Source: Okeania sp. (lineage in GTDB: Bacteria; Cyanobacteriota; Cyanobacteriia; Cyanobacteriales; Microcoleaceae). Taken from it: a stretch of DNA of 32,000 nt. Position numbers and translations under genes: made by a program. Location: assembly GCF_035285525.1 (NCBI RefSeq), contig NZ_JAYKGW010000157.1, positions 14,711 through 46,710 of the forward strand, read 5' to 3'. Shown here piece after piece: positions 18,421-26,280 of the stretch (positions are counted from its first letter, which is position 1; each line of letters starts with the position of its first letter). The notes beneath the pieces were generated by a model. The model was not told where the DNA came from. It saw only the letters and a program-made list of their open reading frames with translations, and did no database searches.

Positions 18421-19416
18421 ATGAAAATAAATAACCATATACTAGATTTATCTATAGTCGTACCAATTTATAATGAAGTAGATAGTATTCCTTGCCTGCT
18501 GGAAACTATTTCTACTATTTTAAAGCAAAAGAACTATGCTTATGAAATTATCTGTGTAGACGATGGTTCTCAGGATGGTTCGACAAAACTCCTCACAGAA
18601 TTAGCTCAAGAACGTACAGATTTAAAAGCAGTAATTCTTCGTCGAAATTATGGGCAAACTGCAGCTATGGCGGCAGGATTTAAGTATGCTACGGGTAAAG
18701 TAATTGTGACTTTAGATGGAGATTTACAAAACGATCCGGCAGATATTCCACTATTATTATCTAAACTGGATGAAGGTTATGATTTAGTTAGTGGATGGCG
18801 AAAAAATAGACAGGATGATGCGGTGACAAGACTACTTCCTTCTAAAATTGCTAACTCGATAATTGGTAGAGTAACGGGAGTAAATTTACATGATTATGGT
18901 TGTTCTTTAAAAGCTTATCGTTCGGAGTTAATTGCTGATATGAATCTCTATGGTGAATTACATAGATTTTTACCAGCTTTGGCTTTTATTGAAGGGGCAA
19001 GAATTACAGAAATTCCTGTTAATCATCATGCTCGTCGTTATGGTAAAAGTAAGTATGGTTTAGGGCGAACTTTTCGAGTTGTGATGGATTTATTAACCGT
19101 ATTTTTTATGAAGAAATTCCTCACTAGACCTATGCACGTTTTTGGAATGTTAGGTTTAGTTTCTGGAGGGATAGGGTTATTATTGGGTATTTATTTAACC
19201 ATTTTAAAATTTGGCTTTGGTGAAACTATTGGCGATCGCCCTCTCCTAATTTTGGTTGTGGTTTTATTACTAGCTGGTTTACAATTATTTAGTTTTGGTT
19301 TATTAGCAGAGTTACTGATGAGAACTTATCACGAATCTCAAAAACGACCAATTTATCGAGTACGAGAAGTTGTTGGTAAAAGTTCATCAGAAGAATTTCT
19401 GCAAAATTCTAATTAG
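18421..19416 (+). CDS. Family 2 glycosyltransferase, polyprenyl-phosphate sugar transferase type (GtrB/ArnC/DPM1-like) with two C-terminal TM helices
   Basis: 331 aa. GT-A motifs are present: LSIVVPIYNE, ICVDDGSQDGS, TLDGDLQNDP (DxD). The tail has C-terminal hydrophobic helices (MHVFGMLGLVSGGIGLLLGIYL, LLILVVVLLLAGLQLFSFGLLAELL). Confidence 0.9.
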   Translation: MKINNHILDLSIVVPIYNEVDSIPCLLETISTILKQKNYAYEIICVDDGSQDGSTKLLTELAQERTDLKAVILRRNYGQTAAMAAGFKYATGKVIVTLDGDLQNDPADIPLLLSKLDEGYDLVSGWRKNRQDDAVTRLLPSKIANSIIGRVTGVNLHDYGCSLKAYRSELIADMNLYGELHRFLPALAFIEGARITEIPVNHHARRYGKSKYGLGRTFRVVMDLLTVFFMKKFLTRPMHVFGMLGLVSGGIGLLLGIYLTILKFGFGETIGDRPLLILVVVLLLAGLQLFSFGLLAELLMRTYHESQKRPIYRVREVVGKSSSEEFLQNSN

Positions 19417-19656
19417 GGTTTGCTGAAAAAATAGAATCTTGGAAGGGTGGGGAGTGTGGGAAGTGTGGAAAAAAAGAAATAGTGGGAGGAATAATTTTTC
19501 CTTGATTTTTCTACTGTTGGTTTGGTGAAAATCCTAACTTTGTTGGTAATTTTAGCTGGAAAAGTTGCACTTTTACGTTTCCCGATAAATGGAGACTTTA
19601 AAAAGGCTATAAATATTAGTATGTAAAGACTTTTATATTTCCATACGCGAACCCTA

Positions 19657-19712
19657 ATTAATGAGGTTTTGCTGAATAATGTCTTTTTGCTAAGGTAGGG
19701 AAGGGAGTAAGG
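19657..19712 (+). repeat. Copy of the dispersed module TTA(G/A)-GGTTTGCTGAATAAT-N-TCTTTTTG-N-AGGTAGGGA(A/G)GGGAGTA; an 8-bp-stem hairpin GGACGTTC-TATG-GAACGTCC follows at 19711-19730
   Basis: Other copies were read at 19413-19470 (5' half, embedding the GT2 stop codon), 31715-31775 (+) and 29990-30043 (-). Confidence 0.7.
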
Positions 19713-20048
19713 ACGTTCTATGGAACGTCCCTACAAAATCAAGATCAATGGGGGTTATAGAAAAGTTGGTTGTTCATAATAGTCAAAGTAATTTGTCTAC
19801 CATAATTAACCCAAAATTTGTACTTTTTTTGCTCTAAAAAGACTCAAACTTTTGTCAAATAAGCATCTTAATCTATGAGAGCTTTATCACTAGGTCAAGA
19901 AGTTGAGTTGATTCTTTTTTTATACATACAGAATATTTCCGACAAATTGGTGTTATTATTATCATTTTGCCTGCTATATGTTACCTGACAAGAATCGGGA
20001 ATACTATACAATACTCCTCTAAAAAACCGACTTTTAAACCTTAAAGTT

Positions 20049-21533
20049 TTACCCTTCTAATTTCTTACTAATTAATTGATTTGTCATCTTAGGATCGGCA
20101 CGACCTTGGGTTTTTTTCATCACTTGACCAACAAAGAAACCTTTGAGTTTTTTCTTACCGCCACGATACTTGGCTAATTCTTCTGGATGTGCTGCTAAAA
20201 CTTCATCAATAATTGCTTCTATTGCCTTAGTATCTGATATTTTAATTAGACCTTTTTTCTCTACTAATTCTTTAGGTGAACCACCTTTTGTTAATAATTC
20301 TGGCAAGATATCTTTGGCAATTTTTCCACTGATAGTACCATCTTCAATAATTGTTACTAACTCAGCTAAATTTTCAGGTTTCAAAGCAATATCATTAATA
20401 CTAATTTTTTCATTTTTCAAATAAGCAGTAATATCTCCCATCACCCAGTTAGCTGCTTGTTTAGAATTTCCACCTGCTGCCACTGTTGCCTCAAAATATT
20501 GGGCTACATTACAATCATCAGTCAAAACACGAGTATCATAAGCAGATAAACCCAACTCACTTTCATAACGGTGACGTTTATGCGCCGGTAACTCTGGTAA
20601 CTCACTTTTCCAAGTATCTAACTGTAGACTTGATACTTCAACAGGGGGAAGATCCGGTTCTGGAAAATAACGATAGTCACTAGAACCCTCTTTAATCCTC
20701 ATGCTAATAGTACGTTGAGAACCCTCTTCCCAGAGTCTAGTTTCTTGAACAATTTTTTCCCCTGCTTCAATAGCTTCAGTTTGCCTTTCTATTTCATATT
20801 CGATCGCCCGTTGTATAGCACTAAAAGAGTTCATATTCTTAATTTCCACTTTTGTGCCAAATTCTTTTTGTCCTACAGGTCGCACCGAAACATTCACATC
20901 ACACCGCAGGGAACCTTCCTGCATATTCCCATCACTTACACCCAGATAGCGGACAATACGTCTTAATTCTTGAGCATACTCGGCAGCTTCTAGTCCAGAA
21001 CGCATATCCGGTTCTGATACAATTTCTACTAATGGTACACCAGCACGGTTATAATCTACCATAGAATAAGTAGAACCAGATAGGCGATCGCTACCTCCAT
21101 GGACTAATTTACCTGCATCTTCTTCCATGTGTAGTCTGGTGATACCAATTTTTTTACGAGTTGCAGTACCATCTTCTTCTACTATTTCTATTTCTATCCA
21201 ACCATGTTCGGCGATGGGTAAGTCATACTGAGAGATTTGATAATTTTTCGGCAAGTCTGGGTAGAAATATTGTTTTCGGTCAAATTTACTGTAAGGGGCA
21301 ATTTGACAATTTAGTGCTAATCCTGCTTTGACAGCGTATTCGAGAACTTTTTGATTGAGTACGGGTAATACTCCTGGCATTCCCATACATATTGGATCGA
21401 TGTTGGTATTGGGGGTTCCACCAAATTCGGTGGAAGAATTGGAAAAAATTTTGGTATGAGTATTAAGCTGACAATGGGTTTCTAATCCAATGATTGCTTC
21501 ATATTCTGTTTTAACTTTAACAGTAGTAGTCAT
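20049..21533 (-). CDS. gatB: Aspartyl/glutamyl-tRNA(Asn/Gln) amidotransferase subunit B
   Basis: 494 aa with canonical GatB sequence: [54 protein letters not shown], and a C-terminal GatB/YqeY domain (NWVMGDI...[13 protein letters not shown]). Confidence 0.97.
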   Translation of the reverse strand: MTTTVKVKTEYEAIIGLETHCQLNTHTKIFSNSSTEFGGTPNTNIDPICMGMPGVLPVLNQKVLEYAVKAGLALNCQIAPYSKFDRKQYFYPDLPKNYQISQYDLPIAEHGWIEIEIVEEDGTATRKKIGITRLHMEEDAGKLVHGGSDRLSGSTYSMVDYNRAGVPLVEIVSEPDMRSGLEAAEYAQELRRIVRYLGVSDGNMQEGSLRCDVNVSVRPVGQKEFGTKVEIKNMNSFSAIQRAIEYEIERQTEAIEAGEKIVQETRLWEEGSQRTISMRIKEGSSDYRYFPEPDLPPVEVSSLQLDTWKSELPELPAHKRHRYESELGLSAYDTRVLTDDCNVAQYFEATVAAGGNSKQAANWVMGDITAYLKNEKISINDIALKPENLAELVTIIEDGTISGKIAKDILPELLTKGGSPKELVEKKGLIKISDTKAIEAIIDEVLAAHPEELAKYRGGKKKLKGFFVGQVMKKTQGRADPKMTNQLISKKLEG

Positions 21534-21536
21534 TTT

Positions 21537-21560
21537 AGTTATTAGTTATCAGTTATCAGT
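21537..21560. repeat. Heptamer array AGTTATT-AGTTATC-AGTTATC-AGT starting 4 nt upstream of the gatB start codon
   Basis: Direct reading. The same (TGATAAC)n / ATTTCAGTTATCAG module occurs at 434-454, 7592-7612 and 25215-25231. Confidence 0.85.
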
Positions 21561-22315
21561 ACATCTGGCTAAAACGGAGGTTTTAGACTTTATTTTTTAA
21601 TTAATTTAAAATTATAGCATCAATTGTTCGATGATAAATAAAAATCAAAGAATAAAAAGAATAATTGTTTGTTCAAGAATATGTTGAAATTTGATAGTAC
21701 ATAGAGGTAATTTTGATTCATTAATAAACAATTTATTCTTAATTACTTTGACTAACCTAGTTGGAAAGCGAGTTCCAGATTGAGTTTGTAAATAAATTAA
21801 TTATCAGCAAAATTTCTATGAAGATAGGCATATTTAGTGTCTGAATCCCAATTTTATCATTGGCTTACTTCTGAATAAACTTGAAAGATATTTTCTGGGT
21901 TGGCATTAATTTATATTTGGGATTAAAATTGCATTATTGGTTTACCTCTAAACAAATTTTAAAGATATTTTCTGGTGGAAAAAGGAAGAAGAAAAAGGAA
22001 GAAGGTGGAAAAATAGAAAAGGAAAAGATCAAGCTATCTAAAATGAATTAGACCAGCTATTTTTAAGTATATCTGATTAAGACAGACTTTTTTGTAGTAT
22101 TCTTTTTTTGAAATTGGTATAGCAATCTATTTATGATTGCGACAAATCAAAGAGTAGATCAAAAAACTAAAACTCTTATACCAATTACTAAAAGTAATGC
22201 TATATTTCAGCAAGAATTAATATTTACCAAGATTAAAAGTCTATTTTTAACAATGACAATTATTAGTTACTTAGTAATAATTTTTCCTCCTTTTTGAGAA
22301 ATGATGTTGGCTGTT

Positions 22316-22357
22316 CCCTATTCCCTATTCCCTATTCCCTATTCCCTATTCCCTATT
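22316..22357. repeat. Heptanucleotide tandem array (CCCTATT)x6, the reverse complement of the AATAGGG array at 16219; it contains the stop codon of the JmjC gene
   Basis: Direct reading. The TAG stop (complement of 22353-22355) lies in the last heptamer. Confidence 0.92.
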
Positions 22358-23537
22358 GCTCTAAATTTGGATTTTGATACTTATAATAATTTGGAAAAAT
22401 AAAGTTCATCAAAGAAAGAGAAATACTAATATTTAATGATTTAACTTGATGCCACCAACCAATAGGAATAAAAATCATTTCTCCTGGTTCCAAAATTACC
22501 TCAATAATTTTTACCTTTTTAAATAAAGGATATTTATTATAGTCTAGATTTTCTAAGTCTACTTGACTAAAAACAGTTTGATAATTATAAACAAAAGGGG
22601 TTTGGTCAGGAGAAATAATTCGCCACAGTTTTTTTCCATAAATTTGAGCGCCAATAAGGTTAGTTTGGTCGTGGTGTAATGGAGTAATTGTACCACCAGG
22701 ACCGAACCATAATTTGATTTGACCTTTAATATTTGAACTGTCTAAAAAATCAGGATAAACATTTATATCATTCAGAAGATGTTGAATTTTGTCTCGTTGA
22801 AAATTACGATTACTAGCAACCATATAATAATCGTTAGTATCACCACCATTGAGAATCATATCGACATATTTGCTTAATTTTAATTCTCTTTTGTGTCGTT
22901 TTTTATTAATTTCATATTGTGGATTTGAGTTACGATTATCTTGAATTTCTACATCCGCATCGCCATAATTAGTTTTAAAGTATTCTGGATTCCACAAAGA
23001 CAGAGCTTTCCATTCAGTCATCATATTTGTAATAATAACTGGGGTATTTGTGGCATAATATTTGGTTAAAAATTCCTCTTTGGAAATACAATTTCTACGT
23101 TCTATATAATTGGAGTTGGGAGATAGTTGATAAATTTGATGACGGACTTCTAAAATAGACTCCAATTTTCTTAATAATTGAGTCATATTATTGCCTGCTT
23201 GGAAATAGGGATTAGTAGTAAGATGATTTAATTCTGCGACAACAATTTCCTCTTTTATTCCTCTTTTAACCATTTCTTGAATAATTAATTTGTCAGGATA
23301 GTTGCGCAATTTTCTTTCTGCAATCCATTGTTTAAAATTATCAGGGATTTCAGATTTATTTGGTTGATTTAATGAATTTTGGCTACTGCGTTGATTCTCT
23401 ATTTCTATAATTTTAGTAGCAATTTTTGCTCGCTCTTTTTCAGAAATATTTTGGTCGTTTAAAACTATTTCTAAAATTTCCAGAGATTTATTAATTAGAT
23501 TGTTTAGCTTATCTTTAGGTAATATTTCCATCGTCAT
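22353..23537 (-). CDS. JmjC/cupin-8 Fe(II)-2OG oxygenase, FIH-like (protein-hydroxylase type), with an N-terminal helical extension
   Basis: Track ORF is 22353-23783. I place the start at MTMEIL (ATG, complement of 23535-23537) because the 82 upstream codons translate dispersed-repeat DNA. The catalytic core TPLHHDQTNLIGAQIYGKKLWRIISPDQ...SQVDLENLDYNKYPLF...PGEMIFIPIGWWHQVKSL parallels the human FIH segment as I remember it ([28 protein letters not shown]...SQVDFDNPDYERFPNF...PGDVLYIPMYWWHHIESL). That gives the HxD...H iron triad. Confidence 0.8.
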   Translation of the reverse strand: MTMEILPKDKLNNLINKSLEILEIVLNDQNISEKERAKIATKIIEIENQRSSQNSLNQPNKSEIPDNFKQWIAERKLRNYPDKLIIQEMVKRGIKEEIVVAELNHLTTNPYFQAGNNMTQLLRKLESILEVRHQIYQLSPNSNYIERRNCISKEEFLTKYYATNTPVIITNMMTEWKALSLWNPEYFKTNYGDADVEIQDNRNSNPQYEINKKRHKRELKLSKYVDMILNGGDTNDYYMVASNRNFQRDKIQHLLNDINVYPDFLDSSNIKGQIKLWFGPGGTITPLHHDQTNLIGAQIYGKKLWRIISPDQTPFVYNYQTVFSQVDLENLDYNKYPLFKKVKIIEVILEPGEMIFIPIGWWHQVKSLNISISLSLMNFIFPNYYKYQNPNLEQ

Positions 23538-23828
23538 TTTTTGACTTGAGGGAACAGGGAACACAGAAGGTGGGAACAGGGAATAGAAAAGAACCAAAAC
23601 AACTATTTTCTTAACATAAAACTTGGGCATTATTGACCAGTTATGTGTAAGTCTTAGTTCGCCTTTTTCTGGAGAAAAATGTATAAAAAAACACATTAGA
23701 AGAGCGATCGCTCTTCGCAGTTTTACTGAGCTAGTATGATGTTTTTTTCTCTTCTCCCCTGCTCCCGAATCCCCTGCTCCCACAAGGGTTTCAGGATTTC
23801 CTTATCAGGGATAGCGCATCATCGGGGG

Positions 23829-23895
23829 GAAGTGAACAAAAAGTCTCCCTTTGAAAGGGGAGAAGTGAACAAAAAGTCCCCCTTTCAAAGGGGGA
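23829..23895. repeat. Two tandem 33/34-bp units GAAGTGAACAAAAAGTC(T/C)CCCTTT(G/C)AAAGGGGA, each ending in a palindromic hairpin
   Basis: Direct reading (23829-23861, 23862-23895). Same hairpin style as at 468-650. Confidence 0.85.
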
Positions 23896-24290
23896 TTTAG
23901 GGGGATTATCAATGTACCTTACAAGAAAAGGGAAATGCTATATATATTAATCCTATTTTATTCATTTTTTGACTTGAGGGAATAGGTATGGAGGGAACAG
24001 GGAATAGAAAAGAACAAAAACAACTATACCTTATAACTTAGGAATTTGCTATATATATTAATCCTATTTTATTCGTTTCCAAAATTTAATTGCTTTTGAG
24101 GTAACTGGACAGTGTAAAGTTCTAAGAATAACTATTCCTAGCTAAGGGTTTCAGCCATCTAAAAGTTAGAAACTTTCTACTGAGAACTGTAGGTGCTGTA
24201 AGCCTTTACCAATAATACTTTAACCCTTGAAAACAAATATTTTTTTAGGAGAACTTTGTACTCTCCAGTGAGGTAATTATTAATTATTAA

Positions 24291-25151
24291 TTATTCTCGA
24301 ATCCAACCATTAAAGGTAAAACGACTATGTTCAAATTCTTTAGTCGGACAACTAACTGGTAAGACTTCATGTAAGTAACGACTGGGGAAAAATATAATAC
24401 TATTATTGTGAGGTTCAATCACTTTAAAATCATTATGTTTAAAAAGATTATTTCCTTGTACTTTAGTTTCATAAATTACTAATTCTCCTCCAGAAAATGA
24501 TTTTGGTTGTTGATAAAAATAGTAAACATAAGTCATTTTTCTAGTAGCAGTCATTTCTGTATTAGCATCACTATGAATTGTGTAAAAACAACCATCATTA
24601 TGTGCTGTTAATTGAATAACAATATTAGATACAGAGAAATTTGGATGGTTTAGTCTTTCCAAAACTGAGGGGAGAATTTTTAAGACTTTCTTTTGTATTG
24701 ATTTGGCAAGTTCGGAATAAAATTTATGGTGCAGAACTAAAGATTGTCTAAATTTATTGACTTGATTGGTACTTTTATTATGTACTGAAGAATCGGTAAA
24801 ATTATCTTGATTTTTGATGGCAACTTTGAGTGCTACTTCTAGTTCTAGAAATTCCAAGAAATTATAAATTTGTAAACAATTAATTGGTAAAATTTGGGAT
24901 TGATTATGATTGGAAATAGACTGAGGAAAATTAGGGATAAACTTTGGTATTTTAGGAGTAGCAGGTATAATGATTTTGTTACTAGCTGAAGTTATGGAAT
25001 TTTGAATATTTGCTTGAGTAGATTGAGCTATTTCTAATATTCGCAAAGCAACTTCTGCTTTTTCTAATAATGGTGTATTTGAGTTATCAAGAATTGTTTC
25101 TAGTAAATCAATAGACTTAGTTGTTAACTCTTGTAGTTTATCTACAGACAT
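24291..25151 (-). CDS. 2OG-Fe(II) oxygenase of the prolyl-4-hydroxylase-like (P4H / 2OG-FeII_Oxy_3-type) group, with an N-terminal helical extension homologous to that of the neighbouring JmjC protein
   Basis: 286 aa. HxD is in FYTIHSDA, the distal His in SRYLHEVLPV, and the 2OG-binding Arg in SRFTFNGWIRE. A GGELVIYE beta-strand motif is also present. Confidence 0.8.
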   Translation of the reverse strand: MSVDKLQELTTKSIDLLETILDNSNTPLLEKAEVALRILEIAQSTQANIQNSITSASNKIIIPATPKIPKFIPNFPQSISNHNQSQILPINCLQIYNFLEFLELEVALKVAIKNQDNFTDSSVHNKSTNQVNKFRQSLVLHHKFYSELAKSIQKKVLKILPSVLERLNHPNFSVSNIVIQLTAHNDGCFYTIHSDANTEMTATRKMTYVYYFYQQPKSFSGGELVIYETKVQGNNLFKHNDFKVIEPHNNSIIFFPSRYLHEVLPVSCPTKEFEHSRFTFNGWIRE

Positions 25152-25412
25152 ATAGCAATCCTATTTTATTTGTTTATAAAAATCTTGCTGCTTTTTGGAA
25201 ATGGGTATGGAGGTCATTTCAGTTATCAGTAGAGAGTGAACCTCCGAATTTAGTCGGAGGCTTGAAATACTGAGTTAAAATTTTTTCATCCCTTTAGAAA
25301 GGGAAGCTTTATATCTCTTTTTTTGGTAGAATATTCGGAGTTTATTTCTAGTTTTTGAGTTGTTCTTGTGCTTCAATAATAATTTGTTTAAAAATGTAGT
25401 AGTAGTTAAAAG

Positions 25413-25478
25413 GTAAGTTTTCAGTTAAGAAAGCTTTTATCTCAAGCTAAAATAAATAGCTGATAGCTAAATGCTTAC
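25413..25478 (+). mobile_element. 66-bp internally deleted derivative of the MITE-like family (GTAAGTTTTCAG...AAGCTTTTATCTCAAGCTAAAATAAATAGCTGATAGCTAAATGCTTAC)
   Basis: The right 48 bp match the right ends of the copies at 11348-11527 and 11552-11874. No clear target duplication. Confidence 0.5.
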
Positions 25479-25651
25479 ATAGCAAGTAATACCAAATCCA
25501 TCGCTCGAATGGTATTCAAAATTCTCTCTAACCATTACCCCAAACCCCCTATCACCCCAAAAAGATACTTTTATCAACCGGATTTAGTATAAAATAAAAA
25601 AGTAAGTTTTTTTAAGCTTATCCTAATTTAGATAATTCACTAGGAGAAACA

Positions 25652-26254
25652 ATGGCCGAATTAACCAAACTAGAAATGCGTGAAAGATTGGGCAATATTG
25701 ACAAGATTCGTGATATCATTTTTGGTTCTAAGCTGAGAGAATATGAAAATCGTCTTGATAAGCTAGAATCAGAAGTATCTTCAGTTAAGCAAGAAATTAC
25801 GAATCAAATAGCACAATTAAAAAGTGCTTTATCTACAGAACTAAAAGTTATGGTTGATTCTATAGACCAAAAAATTATAGGTATAAATTCAACTCTGCAA
25901 AACAATCAAGAAGATATTACTGAAACTAAGGAACAGGTTGAACGGGTAAATCGAAAAATTATTGCTACTAAAGAAGGTTTAGAGCAAGTTATTAATCATC
26001 AAACAACTTCTTTCCAAGATAATTTGTTACAGAAAAGGGAAAAATTAGAAAGCGATATTAATAGCTTGAAAAATCAAATACTTAAGGAACTTGAGAAGCA
26101 ATTTTCTTTGCTTCAAAATGGCAAAGTTTCACGGGATGATTTGGCAGAAGTTATGTTTGAAGTTGGCATGAGAATGAAAAAGACTGAGTTTGTAGCTGAA
26201 CTGACAGAAGCAGCAAATGAAAATTTAGGAACAGCAGCAATTATCAAGTCATAA
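25652..26254 (+). CDS. Coiled-coil protein, 200 aa, function unknown
   Basis: Heptad-rich, E/K/Q/L-biased sequence throughout, with a conserved-looking N-terminal motif LGNIDKIRDIIFGSKLREYENRLDKLE. It ends 26 nt before the next gene. Confidence 0.8.
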   Translation: MAELTKLEMRERLGNIDKIRDIIFGSKLREYENRLDKLESEVSSVKQEITNQIAQLKSALSTELKVMVDSIDQKIIGINSTLQNNQEDITETKEQVERVNRKIIATKEGLEQVINHQTTSFQDNLLQKREKLESDINSLKNQILKELEKQFSLLQNGKVSRDDLAEVMFEVGMRMKKTEFVAELTEAANENLGTAAIIKS

Positions 26255-26280
26255 AACAATTATTAGGTTCTGAGAAATAT

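Noticed and set aside
20143-21064. Four plus-strand ORFs (20143-20424, 20486-20683, 20715-20966, 20852-21064) opposite gatB
   Set aside because: They are antisense shadow ORFs within a highly conserved essential gene.
4236-21533. gatA and gatB as parts of one gatCAB operon
   Set aside because: They are 14 kb apart and separated by unrelated genes on both strands. I could not identify a gatC-like ORF next to either.
22133-22297. Unannotated 54-aa ORF (MIATNQRVDQKTKTLIPITKSNAIFQQELIFTKIKSLFLTMTIISYLVIIFPPF) with a C-terminal hydrophobic helix, between gatB and the JmjC gene
   Set aside because: An ORF of this size is expected by chance in AT-rich DNA. It has no ribosome-binding site or recognisable homolog, so it is noted only as a possible small membrane protein to test with Ribo-seq.
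23538-23783. N-terminal 82-codon extension of the JmjC ORF
   Set aside because: The extension translates dispersed-repeat sequence that is also found non-coding at 5941-5972 and 23987-24035. The homologous N-terminal module shared with the neighbouring oxygenase begins right after MTMEIL.
23784-24290. Small precursor-peptide (RiPP-like) ORF between the two oxygenase genes
   Set aside because: Only 16-18-codon ORFs made of repeat sequence were found on either strand, and none has a credible leader/core organisation.
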